Below are positions 46,449-56,428 of a stretch of DNA of 64,000 nucleotides, piece by piece. Source of the DNA: a virus (taxonomy: Duplodnaviria; Heunggongvirae; Uroviricota; Caudoviricetes). Positions within the stretch are counted from its first letter, which is position 1. The number at the start of each line of letters is the position of its first letter. The notes below the pieces were generated by a model. The model saw only the letters and a list, made by a program, of their open reading frames with translations. It did no database searches and had not been told where the DNA came from. Both the position numbers and the translations under genes were made by a program. Where the stretch lies: the IMG/VR virus record IMGVR_UViG_3300022660_003821, one strand, 5' to 3'.

Positions 46449-46926
46449 TCAACATGAAAGTGAAGAAAGAGTGACAAGAGAAAATGTGCTGGCATTAGAT
46501 ATTGCCACACATACAGGATATTACTCAATGCACGGTAGCGGCACATGGAATTTTACCGAATCTATGCGGCGAAACAACAACAAACAACACGCTGCATTCC
46601 GCAACACATTAATTGAGTTTATCACAAAGCATAACATTAAAGTGATAGTTGCTGAGGATGTGAGCGTCAATAATCACTTCACAGACACCAGAAAACTATC
46701 TGAGTTCAGAGGCATACTGATGGAAATATGCGACACATTGGATTTACCAGAGCCAACCTTCATTAATCCAAAAACAGTAAAAAAATGGGCTACTGGAAAT
46801 GGCAATGCGACTAAAGAAATGATGATGAAGTTCTGTCAATTACGCTGGAAGACCACTCCAGTTGATGATAATGAGGCAGATGCAACACATATCTTTTTTT
46901 ATTATATCAAGAAATTTAATTTATAA
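46426..46926 (+). CDS. RuvC-like Holliday junction resolvase
   Basis: LALDIATHTGYY and EDVS..DATHI are RuvC-type acidic motifs. Confidence 0.6.
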   Translation: MYHLLMVNQHESEERVTRENVLALDIATHTGYYSMHGSGTWNFTESMRRNNNKQHAAFRNTLIEFITKHNIKVIVAEDVSVNNHFTDTRKLSEFRGILMEICDTLDLPEPTFINPKTVKKWATGNGNATKEMMMKFCQLRWKTTPVDDNEADATHIFFYYIKKFNL

Positions 46927-46937
46927 GAATAATCGTT

Positions 46938-47219
46938 ATGAGTAAAGCGAGACGTATTAGAAGACAGCAAGAACGGGCTGTCGCACAGCATGTATCAGTG
47001 CTTGGTGAATTGCTTGGAAGGTTTTACACGTTCTTAGAGAAAAAACCAAAACCATCCGATGATGAAGTAAGGTCTGAATTTATTAGACAGGAACAAAAAT
47101 GGAAATTGTATTGCTTGAATAATCACTTGAATCCACGTGCATCTTTATTGTTTAATCAAGAAGTTGCACAGTCGTGGAAAAGCCGATATGCGAAGCAGAA
47201 TACACAGATCCAGAATTAG
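46938..47219 (+). CDS. hypothetical protein
   Basis: ORF. Confidence 0.4.
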   Translation: MSKARRIRRQQERAVAQHVSVLGELLGRFYTFLEKKPKPSDDEVRSEFIRQEQKWKLYCLNNHLNPRASLLFNQEVAQSWKSRYAKQNTQIQN

Positions 47220-47794
47220 ATCCTAAAGTTGCTTCATTAAGAAATGAACTATATGAAAAATACGTAGCTCCTTATTATAACATGATCTATAAGTTATGTA
47301 TGAACTACACTTATGATCCAGCTAACGTACAAGAAAACTATAATGAAGTTTTAATAAATTTTTTCAGAAGAATTGAAACTTATGACCCAAATAGGTCTAT
47401 TCATACATGGCTACATATCGTAACCAAACGACAAATTGCAGAACTCGAAAGAAGACGCAATCGTCACAATAACAAAAACGATGACCATGATATTGAAGAC
47501 TTTTGTAACTACGCACAAGACTCAGAGCCGAGTGCTAATGTAATGGGGATTGACAATTATCGTGAATTGTACAACGATGACATACTTGCAGTCTTGGATT
47601 CAATGAAGCCGATTCACAAAGACGCTTTGTTACTCCAGGAGGCCGGGTACTCATTAAAAGAAATAGCTGATATTGAATATAATAAGGGCACGCTAAAATC
47701 TCGCAATATTGAAACGGTTAAAAGTAGATTATTTCTTGCCCGTCAGTATCTAAAAAAACACCTTACGAGAGATGGCAAGCGAAAATTTGATTAA
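47174..47794 (+). CDS. sigma-70 family sigma factor (ECF-like or phage late sigma)
   Basis: Region-2-like IHTWLHIVTKRQI and a region-4 helix-turn-helix SLKEIADIE..KSRL; the start is uncertain. Confidence 0.6.
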   Translation: MEKPICEAEYTDPELDPKVASLRNELYEKYVAPYYNMIYKLCMNYTYDPANVQENYNEVLINFFRRIETYDPNRSIHTWLHIVTKRQIAELERRRNRHNNKNDDHDIEDFCNYAQDSEPSANVMGIDNYRELYNDDILAVLDSMKPIHKDALLLQEAGYSLKEIADIEYNKGTLKSRNIETVKSRLFLARQYLKKHLTRDGKRKFD

Positions 47795-48365
47795 ACAAAC
47801 AGTTACCGTTTTCACTGAGATACAAAGAAGATTAGTAGACCCCACCTTTAAGTTTTCACAAGGTGGGGCTACAATCAGAACTCTATCAAACTTTTTAGAC
47901 TTGTTTGAAAAAGAGTTTGGATCCGTAACAAAGGAACGACTTGTTGATTTTTGCGTCTGCACAGCTTATACTTATCGCAATCGCCAGAACTGGACCGTAA
48001 AACAAGCATTCGGGCCATCTTCAATTAAGCGATTGAAAGAAAGTAAGCAAGGTAAAGCCTATTATGAGAACTCATGGTTATCAAGTGCTCAATTGAGCAG
48101 AGAATATCTTGTAAATCTTATAATTGATAGAAGGGAGCACCCGCAGGCTAAGTACATTTATGTACATTCTGAGGAGGCTTCTAAAAAAAGGCTATTAAAC
48201 CAAGAGGTTGGGTATTTGCTTTGTCAGACTTCTACATTGGGCTGGTCCCCTGTATCAGACGCATGTAAGCAATGTAACTATACGGAAAAGTGTAAGAAAG
48301 CAACACAAAGCAAATTCCCAGAACTCTACCGAATACGTGTAGAATATGGCGAAGCAAACAAGTAA
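47772..48365 (+). CDS. hypothetical protein
   Basis: ORF. Confidence 0.5.
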   Translation: MASENLIKQTVTVFTEIQRRLVDPTFKFSQGGATIRTLSNFLDLFEKEFGSVTKERLVDFCVCTAYTYRNRQNWTVKQAFGPSSIKRLKESKQGKAYYENSWLSSAQLSREYLVNLIIDRREHPQAKYIYVHSEEASKKRLLNQEVGYLLCQTSTLGWSPVSDACKQCNYTEKCKKATQSKFPELYRIRVEYGEANK

Positions 48366-49704
48366 TGTCTTAACAGAAGAATTTTTAATGGACCTGTTTT
48401 ATACCTGCATGGAAAATGACTATATCCTTGCAGTTGTTATGGAGCATGTTCGTAAGGAATATCTGCCGGACAGAGATTTTATTACATTGCATAGTTGCTT
48501 ACGTTCTTATTACAAGGATTACAAGAAAGCACCAACTTTTAGCATCCTAAAACAGATGATTGCAAACAACAAAAGCGCAGTCTCTTTATTGGATGATATT
48601 TATGATAGTGCTTCTGTGATTGAAACTGAACAAATCTTGGAGCAACTGGAGAACTACATTAAACAGGTGCGTTTCCAGAAAATCTACAAGGAGGTAGGCG
48701 AACTGTACAATAAATCGGGGCATGAAGAAGCCTCAAAGAAATTACAGGAATATACTGAGTGGGCATCTACGTTTAATCTTCGTTCATCAGAGTTTGTAGA
48801 CGTAATCGACACATTCGGCATTCGTTTCAAGGCAAATCGCCAGAAACATAATGCTGACAATAAAATGTTGCCGATTACTCGATTCTATATAGACGAACTT
48901 GATGCAATGAACAATGGACGTGATTTGCGCACCCAGTTAACGTGTTTTATGGCACCTACCGGCGTTGGTAAGAGTCATGCAGCACGTTGGATAGGTAAAA
49001 ATGCCTGTCAAATAGATGGATTGAATGTACTGCACTTTCAGTTAGAGGGTAGTAAAGATGAGGTAGTTAATGCGTATTCTGCCTCTTTGGTATCTTGTAG
49101 TACATATCGTTATGAGACAGGCACAATTAGAGATGTTGATATTGCGCGAATGGAGGCTATGCTCAAAGCGGTGTCCGGCAAACTATATGTAAAATCATAC
49201 CCTAAATTTAATGCGCATGTATCAACCATTGATATTAGAAATGGCATTCAAGATTTTAAGAAACGCTACGGTATCAATCCTGATGTAGTAATTATAGACT
49301 CAATCGACCTTCTTACTGACTCTTCTGGCCGTAAATACGGTGAAAATGGAGAGCGTCACAAACGTATTGCAGTAGCCAATGATCTTAAAGATTTGGCAGC
49401 TGATGAAAACGTATGGATGGTTGGCACTTACCAGTCTACAATTGAAAATAGAGACTGGTTAAATGATGAGAAGAATGTGCTTACAGAGTTTAATACAGCT
49501 GAAGCTAAAGGTCTTGCAAGACCAATGACACATTTGATTACCTTAAATCAATCTGACAGAGAACGCAAGGAACACACCATGCGTCTGAATGTTGCTAAGA
49601 GCCGCTTCTTTGAAAAGGGAGAACCATTCAAAATTGCCACAGACTATGACAATGAGCAATTTTATGATCAAGTGAGGACTATGAATATCAATAAAGTTGG
49701 GTAA
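48346..49704 (+). CDS. DnaB-like replicative helicase (T4 gp41-like)
   Basis: Walker A APTGVGKS and Walker B VVIIDSIDLL. Confidence 0.75.
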   Translation: MAKQTSNVLTEEFLMDLFYTCMENDYILAVVMEHVRKEYLPDRDFITLHSCLRSYYKDYKKAPTFSILKQMIANNKSAVSLLDDIYDSASVIETEQILEQLENYIKQVRFQKIYKEVGELYNKSGHEEASKKLQEYTEWASTFNLRSSEFVDVIDTFGIRFKANRQKHNADNKMLPITRFYIDELDAMNNGRDLRTQLTCFMAPTGVGKSHAARWIGKNACQIDGLNVLHFQLEGSKDEVVNAYSASLVSCSTYRYETGTIRDVDIARMEAMLKAVSGKLYVKSYPKFNAHVSTIDIRNGIQDFKKRYGINPDVVIIDSIDLLTDSSGRKYGENGERHKRIAVANDLKDLAADENVWMVGTYQSTIENRDWLNDEKNVLTEFNTAEAKGLARPMTHLITLNQSDRERKEHTMRLNVAKSRFFEKGEPFKIATDYDNEQFYDQVRTMNINKVG

Positions 49705-50740
49705 TATGTATATAAGTAGAGAAGATAAAGAGTTCTTGATTAAAGAACTTATGATAGAACTCAAAGCTAAGCCAGATGGCGGCAATAAGAACTTAATTGT
49801 TCCACGTTGCCCCTACTGTGGTAAAGAGGGTGGAAAGTTTGGAATTTATATCGGTAAAGAGACTGATAAAAAGAAACTTTTCATGAGCCATTGCTTCTCA
49901 TGTCATCATACGACAAAAGATATTAACCAACTTTTAGATGACATAGGCCGACCCGATTTGAAATTGGAAGACACAGCTTCGTTTCAGCCTTTGGAGATCC
50001 CTCAATTCTTCTCACTGGAAGAGGAGGAAATTGATGATGAGTTGTCAATTGTGGAAATGCCTGAAGGCTGGAAGCGGTGTTTTAGGAACTCTTATTTACA
50101 CAGCAGGGGATTTACATTTGATGATTACGAATACTTCCCTGTTGGTACCACAAGAGGTCTTAACTTTAAGTTCGACAATTATGTAGTATTCCCAATTATT
50201 GACAATGGCGATACAGTTGGGTATATCTCTCGACATATTTGGGATAAGTCTGAAATAGATGAATACAATAAGAAAGCAAGGCGTAACGGTAAATATGAGA
50301 TAAGGCGTTACAATAACAGCATAGAAAACGACTTCGTAAAATTACTGTATAACTATGACTCTATTATTGAAGATGAGACTGATACAGTAATAATTGTAGA
50401 AGGGATTTTTGATGTTATTGCTCTTACTCGGAAATTGGATTTGTACGACAATACTCGTATTGCAGTTGTTGCGACCTTCGGCAAAAAGATTTCCAATACG
50501 CAGATTTGGAAATTGCAAAGCAAGGGGGTAAAAACGGTCATATTGGGTTATGACGGTGATGCCGTAGATGCTATAAATACAGCAGCCATACAACTCAATG
50601 ATTATTTTGATGTTTTTATCGCCTACATAGAAGACCCGGATGCAGATTTTGATAGTATGGATTTCTGGGAAATTTTCGATGTGTTTTCTATGTCTTTGAA
50701 GACCCCAGTAGAATATAAACTTAATACAGTGCAGATATGA
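49697..50740 (+). CDS. DnaG-like primase (zinc finger plus TOPRIM)
   Basis: CPYCG..CFSCHH zinc site; TOPRIM residues at IIVEGIFD and GYDGDAVD. Confidence 0.75.
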   Translation: MGNMYISREDKEFLIKELMIELKAKPDGGNKNLIVPRCPYCGKEGGKFGIYIGKETDKKKLFMSHCFSCHHTTKDINQLLDDIGRPDLKLEDTASFQPLEIPQFFSLEEEEIDDELSIVEMPEGWKRCFRNSYLHSRGFTFDDYEYFPVGTTRGLNFKFDNYVVFPIIDNGDTVGYISRHIWDKSEIDEYNKKARRNGKYEIRRYNNSIENDFVKLLYNYDSIIEDETDTVIIVEGIFDVIALTRKLDLYDNTRIAVVATFGKKISNTQIWKLQSKGVKTVILGYDGDAVDAINTAAIQLNDYFDVFIAYIEDPDADFDSMDFWEIFDVFSMSLKTPVEYKLNTVQI

Positions 50741-52443
50741 AAGAATTGATTACATGGCTCCAAAACAATAAAATATCCTTCAATGAAATTGACAATGAGG
50801 TAATAGAGGTTGTTGGGATGGGTAAGATGTTTCTGGAAAATACTGAAAAGATAAATTCCATCTTCAGAACTGATAAAGAAGGTAATCTGATTTTTAATGG
50901 CAGTGAGGACCCGGAGGCATTGATGGAAGAAGGTATCAACTATATTGCCTTTAAGTTCGGAGACAACTGGTACTATTATGATTTACGAAAGGACTTCGCA
51001 TTGAATATCCTAAAGTATGTTGGTACGCGCGTGCAAACTACACATGATTTCCAGTTCGTGAACCTCGGTGTACATACTCCGTTTGAGTTATTGAATGGAA
51101 GTTTTATGCCGAAGTTATGGGTTAAGAAAGCAGCTTACTGTGGTCATAAGGCAATTGGTATATGTGACAGGAATACGATGGCAGCTTGCTACAATCTTCA
51201 AAAGGAATGCGCTAATGCTGGAATAAAACACATATTTGGTTATTCATTAACTTTTGTTGAGGGAGATAATAAAGTAGGAGCAAAAGTTTATGTTCAGTCT
51301 CAATCAGGATTACGTAACCTGTTGAGAATCCAAAAGGCAATTATGGTTGATAGTGAAGATAAAACTATTGGATGGAATGAATTGCTTAATCGTGGTGCCG
51401 GCAATGTGTTGGTGCTGGACAAGTATTCATCTTATTGGATAAAGGAAAATCCTGATTTAGTGAATGACTTGTTAGATGCGTTTGAACATGTATTCTACCA
51501 GGTAGACTTGTCTGAATATAAGGCTGAACGCATTGACATTAAAGTGCTGGAGGCCACTAAATACTATTTTGATAATTTGTATGACGATTCTGAAGTTCGC
51601 CCAATCTTGTTGTGCGACTGTTATTATCTCGACAAGGATAATGCTAAAAATAAAATCATACTGAATAAGGTGGCTGAGGGTGCTGCACATGAGCAGAGTG
51701 ATGATCAATATTTCAAAGATGTTGATGAACATTATGCTGTATTTGAGCAACTATTTGATGCCGATGTGTGGGATGTTGAGGTCTTGTTTCAAGAATGTTG
51801 CGATAACACATTAGTGGTTTCTGATGGTGCCGTTGCGCAATTTGAAAACACACGAAACTTCATGCCGAAATACACCATGCTTCCAGAAGAGGAAAAGAAA
51901 TATGGCACCGTGCATAACATGTTTAATCAATTGCTCGAAGATGGATTAAAACGCTTGGTGCCGGAAGACAAGCAAGAAGAATACAGGAAACAGATGGAAT
52001 ATGAAAAATATATTATTGAATCAACCAATAATGTAGATTACCTCCTTGTCCAATATGACACTTGCAATTGGAGCCGACAAAACAACATATTGGTTGGTTG
52101 TGGTCGTGGTTCTGCTGCCGGTTCTCTACTGTTGTACTTGCTTGGCATTACATTGATTGACCCTTTACAGTATGGTCTCATTTTCGAGCGTTTCTTGCTT
52201 CCAGAACGTGCTGGCTTATATAAAGCTGACACTACCATTATCGGTGAAGACATTGAAACCGATGAGTATGTAGAGATTGAACTGGAAGATGGTCACACGC
52301 TAAAGGTTTTCAAGGATGCAGAGCTGATCGTAAAACGGGAGGGATCTGAAAAACCAATCATTGTATATGCAGACGAACTGCAAGAGAATGACGATATACT
52401 ATTTGATAACAAGGACGTGCTATTCACTATAAATGAATTGTAA
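50737..52443 (+). CDS. dnaE: DNA polymerase III alpha (DnaE) N-terminal fragment: PHP domain and the start of the palm, ending in an intein-N-like tail
   Basis: PHP-like VNLGVHT..GHKAIGICDRN; then GCGRGSAAGSLLLYLLGITLIDPLQYGLIFERFLLPER matches the canonical DnaE segment; a 79-aa extra tail follows. Confidence 0.75.
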   Translation: MKELITWLQNNKISFNEIDNEVIEVVGMGKMFLENTEKINSIFRTDKEGNLIFNGSEDPEALMEEGINYIAFKFGDNWYYYDLRKDFALNILKYVGTRVQTTHDFQFVNLGVHTPFELLNGSFMPKLWVKKAAYCGHKAIGICDRNTMAACYNLQKECANAGIKHIFGYSLTFVEGDNKVGAKVYVQSQSGLRNLLRIQKAIMVDSEDKTIGWNELLNRGAGNVLVLDKYSSYWIKENPDLVNDLLDAFEHVFYQVDLSEYKAERIDIKVLEATKYYFDNLYDDSEVRPILLCDCYYLDKDNAKNKIILNKVAEGAAHEQSDDQYFKDVDEHYAVFEQLFDADVWDVEVLFQECCDNTLVVSDGAVAQFENTRNFMPKYTMLPEEEKKYGTVHNMFNQLLEDGLKRLVPEDKQEEYRKQMEYEKYIIESTNNVDYLLVQYDTCNWSRQNNILVGCGRGSAAGSLLLYLLGITLIDPLQYGLIFERFLLPERAGLYKADTTIIGEDIETDEYVEIELEDGHTLKVFKDAELIVKREGSEKPIIVYADELQENDDILFDNKDVLFTINEL

Positions 52444-52445
52444 CT

Positions 52446-53747
52446 ATGACAATAACCGATGAAATGAAGAAAGCCATTGAGTTGATAGAAACAACCAATG
52501 AGAGTGTGTATATTACAGGTAAGGCTGGTACGGGAAAGACCACATTCCTTAAATGGCTGGTTTGTAACTGTAAGAAAAAATTTGTTGTTACCGCTTCCAC
52601 TGGCATTGCCGCCATTAACGCTGGAGGTGTGACGTTGCATAGTTTTTTGAATATTCCTTTTGGAGTTCATAATCCTAACTCTGCTGTCACTCAATTTAAT
52701 CATTCAAAAATTGAGTTGATGAATACAATAGATGCTCTAATCATTGACGAAATAAGCATGGTGCGTCCAGATACCATAGATTACATTGACCAAAAATTAC
52801 GCATGTATAGAAATAGTGACGAGCCATTTGGGGGCGTACAAATCATCATGTTTGGCGATTTGTATCAACTGCCACCTGTTGTTACAAACAATGAAAAAGA
52901 CATCCTTCTCCAGTTCTATCGTGGCGTGTACTTTTTCTATGCGTATGTATTCAGAAAGCATGGATTTCATATTGTTGAATTAAATCATATCTTCAGGCAA
53001 ACTAATCCAAGGTTCATTGAAATATTGAATAACATCCGTTCTTATAAGTTGACACAAGAAGATATTGAGGATCTGGAGGTGTTACGAGATAGAAAGTTAA
53101 GTGAGGAGTACGATAATCAGTATATTCATATTTGCTCATATCGTAAAGATGTTCAACGTATAAATGAGGAGCTATTGGGAACACCAACCCACACCTATTA
53201 TGCTACAATTGAAAAAGATTTCAATTTAAGTTCCGCACCATGTGATAGAAAATTGTCATTACGTGTTGGCGCACGGGTGATGATGTTAATCAATGACAAG
53301 GCTCACGTCTACTGCAATGGCTCTCTGGGCGTAGTTGTAGGATTGGATGATAAAGTAGTCAAGGTGCAGTTAGATAATGGCTGTACGGTGGCCGTAGAGC
53401 GTTGTGAATGGTCTGCACAAGAATATAAGATGAAGAATGGTAAAATTGTAAGTGAAATTAAAGGAACTTGTAAACAATTTCCTCTAACATTAGCGTGGGC
53501 AATTACTATTCATAAAAGTCAAGGCTTAACATTTGACCATGTAGTAGTTCATACAAAAGGAGTGTTTTGTCCCGGACAGGTATATGTTGCGTTAAGCCGA
53601 TGTACATCACTTGAAGGCATAATTTCCGATGTTTTTATCGACCATCGTCATATCCTCCCAGATGACGAATTATTAGCATTTGAAAAGGCTTATAATGCCA
53701 CGCACAACTTCTTTAATAGAGAGACTTATAAATTGATGAGACAATGA
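52446..53747 (+). CDS. Pif1/RecD-family helicase, encoded between the two DnaE fragments
   Basis: GKAGTGKTT, LIIDEISMV, GGVQIIMFGDLYQLPPV, ITIHKSQGLTFDHV and YVALSRC. Confidence 0.8.
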   Translation: MTITDEMKKAIELIETTNESVYITGKAGTGKTTFLKWLVCNCKKKFVVTASTGIAAINAGGVTLHSFLNIPFGVHNPNSAVTQFNHSKIELMNTIDALIIDEISMVRPDTIDYIDQKLRMYRNSDEPFGGVQIIMFGDLYQLPPVVTNNEKDILLQFYRGVYFFYAYVFRKHGFHIVELNHIFRQTNPRFIEILNNIRSYKLTQEDIEDLEVLRDRKLSEEYDNQYIHICSYRKDVQRINEELLGTPTHTYYATIEKDFNLSSAPCDRKLSLRVGARVMMLINDKAHVYCNGSLGVVVGLDDKVVKVQLDNGCTVAVERCEWSAQEYKMKNGKIVSEIKGTCKQFPLTLAWAITIHKSQGLTFDHVVVHTKGVFCPGQVYVALSRCTSLEGIISDVFIDHRHILPDDELLAFEKAYNATHNFFNRETYKLMRQ

Positions 53748-55915
53748 AAGTTGTTAGTGTACAAACTAAAAAAAGCACAAAGCCAATTCCCGTGATAGAT
53801 TGCTTTGTTGACTCTGGATATTTACAAGGGCCAGGTGGACAGCTCCCAGATGTGGATGTCGATTATCAATCAGATAAACGTCAAGAGGTTAAGGAGTATA
53901 TAGAACATCGTTATAACCACGACAACAAACAAAGGGTATTCTCTGCTGGTACTGTAACTACATTAAAAGTAAAGGCTGTGATTAAAGACGTGGCCCGTAC
54001 TATGCGTATTCCACCAGCATTGGTCAATTATCTGACAGCAATTTTTGATGATGATAAGATGACCTATACAGACATTTTCAAATTGGCAGCACAGAACAAA
54101 AAGGTGGCAAAGTTTATTGCTGACTATCCGCAGTTATTTGAAGATATACGCACACTTATGTTTCAACCGCGCTCAGGTTCAATTCACGCTTCGGCATTGC
54201 TGGTTACACCTGATGAAAAAGATGGAGAAGATGTTGAGTGCTTTGATTTTGTTCCAATAAAAAAGGTGGACAATATTCTTGTGTCTGAGAATGACGGTTA
54301 TGAACTTGATGAACTCGGTCTTCTGAAGAATGACTGCCTTGCAACAAAAGAGTTATCTAAACTTCAAGCAACGATGGCTATCTGCAATCAAGAGTATGGC
54401 ACTAACTTATCGCTTGAATCTTTGGCTACTGGTGCGCTTGATGATGAAAGAGTGTACCAATTGCTTGGACAAGGTTATACACAAAATGTCTTCCAGTTCT
54501 CTTCTCGTGGTATAACTAAGTTTCTCACGCAGTTAAAGCCTACTTGTATAGGAGACCTTATTGCGGCAAATGCTTTGTATCGTCCGGCAACAATGGGAAA
54601 CTTGGATGAATTTGTTAATAGAAAAGATAAACTGGTCGCGCCCACTTATCTTTGGGGAACGTACAATGCTCTCAAAGACACATTTGGAGTTGTGGTGTAC
54701 CAGGAACAGATTGTTCACATGGCCCGTGAGGTTGGTAATTTCAGTCTTGGAGAGGGCGTAAATCTTGTGAAGTTCATTTCAAAAAAGAAGACTGACAAGA
54801 TTTTGGCAATGAAAGACAAATTCATGACTGGAGCAAAAGAAAATGGGTGCCCTAAAGAAGATGCAGATGCTATATGGGCGCAAATCGAAGCTGCTGGAGC
54901 ATATTGTTTTAACAAGAGCCACGCTACTGCTTATGCCGTTACATCATACGTTGGTGCATATTTGAAGGCTAATTATCCAACTGCATTCTATACTGTGGCA
55001 TTACAATGGGCAGATGACGATGAACTTGTTACATTGATGGGAGAGATGGAAGCATGTAGCAATGCAAAGGTTGTTCCTCCAGATATTAATGTAAGTGAAG
55101 ACGCTTTTCATACAGATTATGCAACGGATTCGATATTCTGGTCCTTATCACGTGTCAAGCAACTCGGAACTAAGGCTGTGCAATGGATTATGGAAGAACG
55201 CCGTAAGAATGGAGATTTCACAAGCATCAACAACTTCATTGACCGAATATTCAAATACAAACTGAAAAAGTATGAATATTGGGATGATCCTGATAATGCA
55301 GAAGAAGCTACTCGATGTCCAGTAAATGCGAGATGTGTCCTAAACTTGATTCTTGCCGGGTGTTTCGATAAGGTTGAACATGCTGAATCAGTAGTAGAAC
55401 GATATGCTATTATTGAAAAAGCTGCTGAACATTTAGGGTTTGAAATTAAAGAAAAAGACTTTCCAGCAGATATGATTAACAAGCATTATTTCTGGAGTCA
55501 GCAGCAAATCGTGGTGTCTGGCATTGGTGCCATAGATTATAAAAGAATATATGATAACTCTGAAGCAAAGGCTCAATTGAAAGGTAAGGCTTCCTATGCA
55601 ACTTTAAGAGACGTTGCTCCTTTGGAAGCAGAAGATAAGAAAGTGGCAATTTGCGCTACGGTTGTTGATGTTGAAGAACGCAAATTCACAAGTAAAAAGA
55701 CAGGTGATATTGAAGTTTTCTGTAAAGTCACGCTCCAGCAAAACAATGATATTTGCGAATGTGTGATTTGGCCGGAAGAATACGCTCAACATCGTGGTGC
55801 GTTAATGAATGCCAAAAATAAATTGATCATTTTCTCTGCAACTATCAAGTACAGTGATTATGAAGGCAAAAATAATCTTCAATTTAACAAACGTAGTGTA
55901 TTAGAAGTTGTGTAA
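53744..55915 (+). CDS. dnaE: DNA polymerase III alpha (DnaE) C-terminal fragment: polymerase core and OB fold, with an intein-C-like N-terminal extension
   Basis: PDVDVDYQSDKRQEVKEYIEHRY resumes the DnaE sequence immediately after FERFLNPER; FNKSHATAYA is the DnaE signature. Confidence 0.8.
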   Translation: MKVVSVQTKKSTKPIPVIDCFVDSGYLQGPGGQLPDVDVDYQSDKRQEVKEYIEHRYNHDNKQRVFSAGTVTTLKVKAVIKDVARTMRIPPALVNYLTAIFDDDKMTYTDIFKLAAQNKKVAKFIADYPQLFEDIRTLMFQPRSGSIHASALLVTPDEKDGEDVECFDFVPIKKVDNILVSENDGYELDELGLLKNDCLATKELSKLQATMAICNQEYGTNLSLESLATGALDDERVYQLLGQGYTQNVFQFSSRGITKFLTQLKPTCIGDLIAANALYRPATMGNLDEFVNRKDKLVAPTYLWGTYNALKDTFGVVVYQEQIVHMAREVGNFSLGEGVNLVKFISKKKTDKILAMKDKFMTGAKENGCPKEDADAIWAQIEAAGAYCFNKSHATAYAVTSYVGAYLKANYPTAFYTVALQWADDDELVTLMGEMEACSNAKVVPPDINVSEDAFHTDYATDSIFWSLSRVKQLGTKAVQWIMEERRKNGDFTSINNFIDRIFKYKLKKYEYWDDPDNAEEATRCPVNARCVLNLILAGCFDKVEHAESVVERYAIIEKAAEHLGFEIKEKDFPADMINKHYFWSQQQIVVSGIGAIDYKRIYDNSEAKAQLKGKASYATLRDVAPLEAEDKKVAICATVVDVEERKFTSKKTGDIEVFCKVTLQQNNDICECVIWPEEYAQHRGALMNAKNKLIIFSATIKYSDYEGKNNLQFNKRSVLEVV

Positions 55916-56427
55916 TGAAACCAACCATTTTAGCAATTGTAGGGCCGTCAGGAAGCGGTAAAACGTCATTGGCCGAATATCTAAAGAAAATGCTGGATAT
56001 TCCAGTCATCGTTTCATATACCACTCGCCCAATCAGAGAGGGTGAAGTTGACGGTGTAGACCATCATTTTGTGTCTGAGTGTGATATGCCTCCAAAAGAA
56101 CAGATGTTAGCTTATACTAAGTTTGGTGGCTTTCATTATTGGTCACAAACAAGCCAAGTTCCCGAAAATGGAGCGTGTAGTTATGTGATTGATGAAAAGG
56201 GGTTACTGAAACTGTGGGAAAAATTTGATCAACAATATCGAATCGTGCCAATCCTTATCAAAAGAGACATTGAGTTATTGCGTAAAACTGTCTCTCCAGA
56301 GAGATTAAAACGCGATAAAGTTCGAGTTACTATTGAAGATGCAGCTTACAATGCGATTATAGAAAACAATGGTACACTGCAAGAGTTTCTGACAAAGGCA
56401 TTACAAATAATACAAAAATTGATATAA
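55915..56427 (+). CDS. guanylate-kinase-like nucleoside monophosphate kinase
   Basis: GPSGSGKTS P-loop and TTRPIREGEVDGVDHHFVS. Confidence 0.7.
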   Translation: MKPTILAIVGPSGSGKTSLAEYLKKMLDIPVIVSYTTRPIREGEVDGVDHHFVSECDMPPKEQMLAYTKFGGFHYWSQTSQVPENGACSYVIDEKGLLKLWEKFDQQYRIVPILIKRDIELLRKTVSPERLKRDKVRVTIEDAAYNAIIENNGTLQEFLTKALQIIQKLI

Positions 56428-56428
56428 T

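Noticed and set aside
52200-53870. Functional protein-splicing split intein in DnaE
   Set aside because: Hint-like blocks are recognisable, but the essential residues are absent: N-terminal Cys/Ser, block-B TxxH, C-terminal His-Asn, and a +1 nucleophile. It is reported only as degenerate intein-like termini of a fractured gene.
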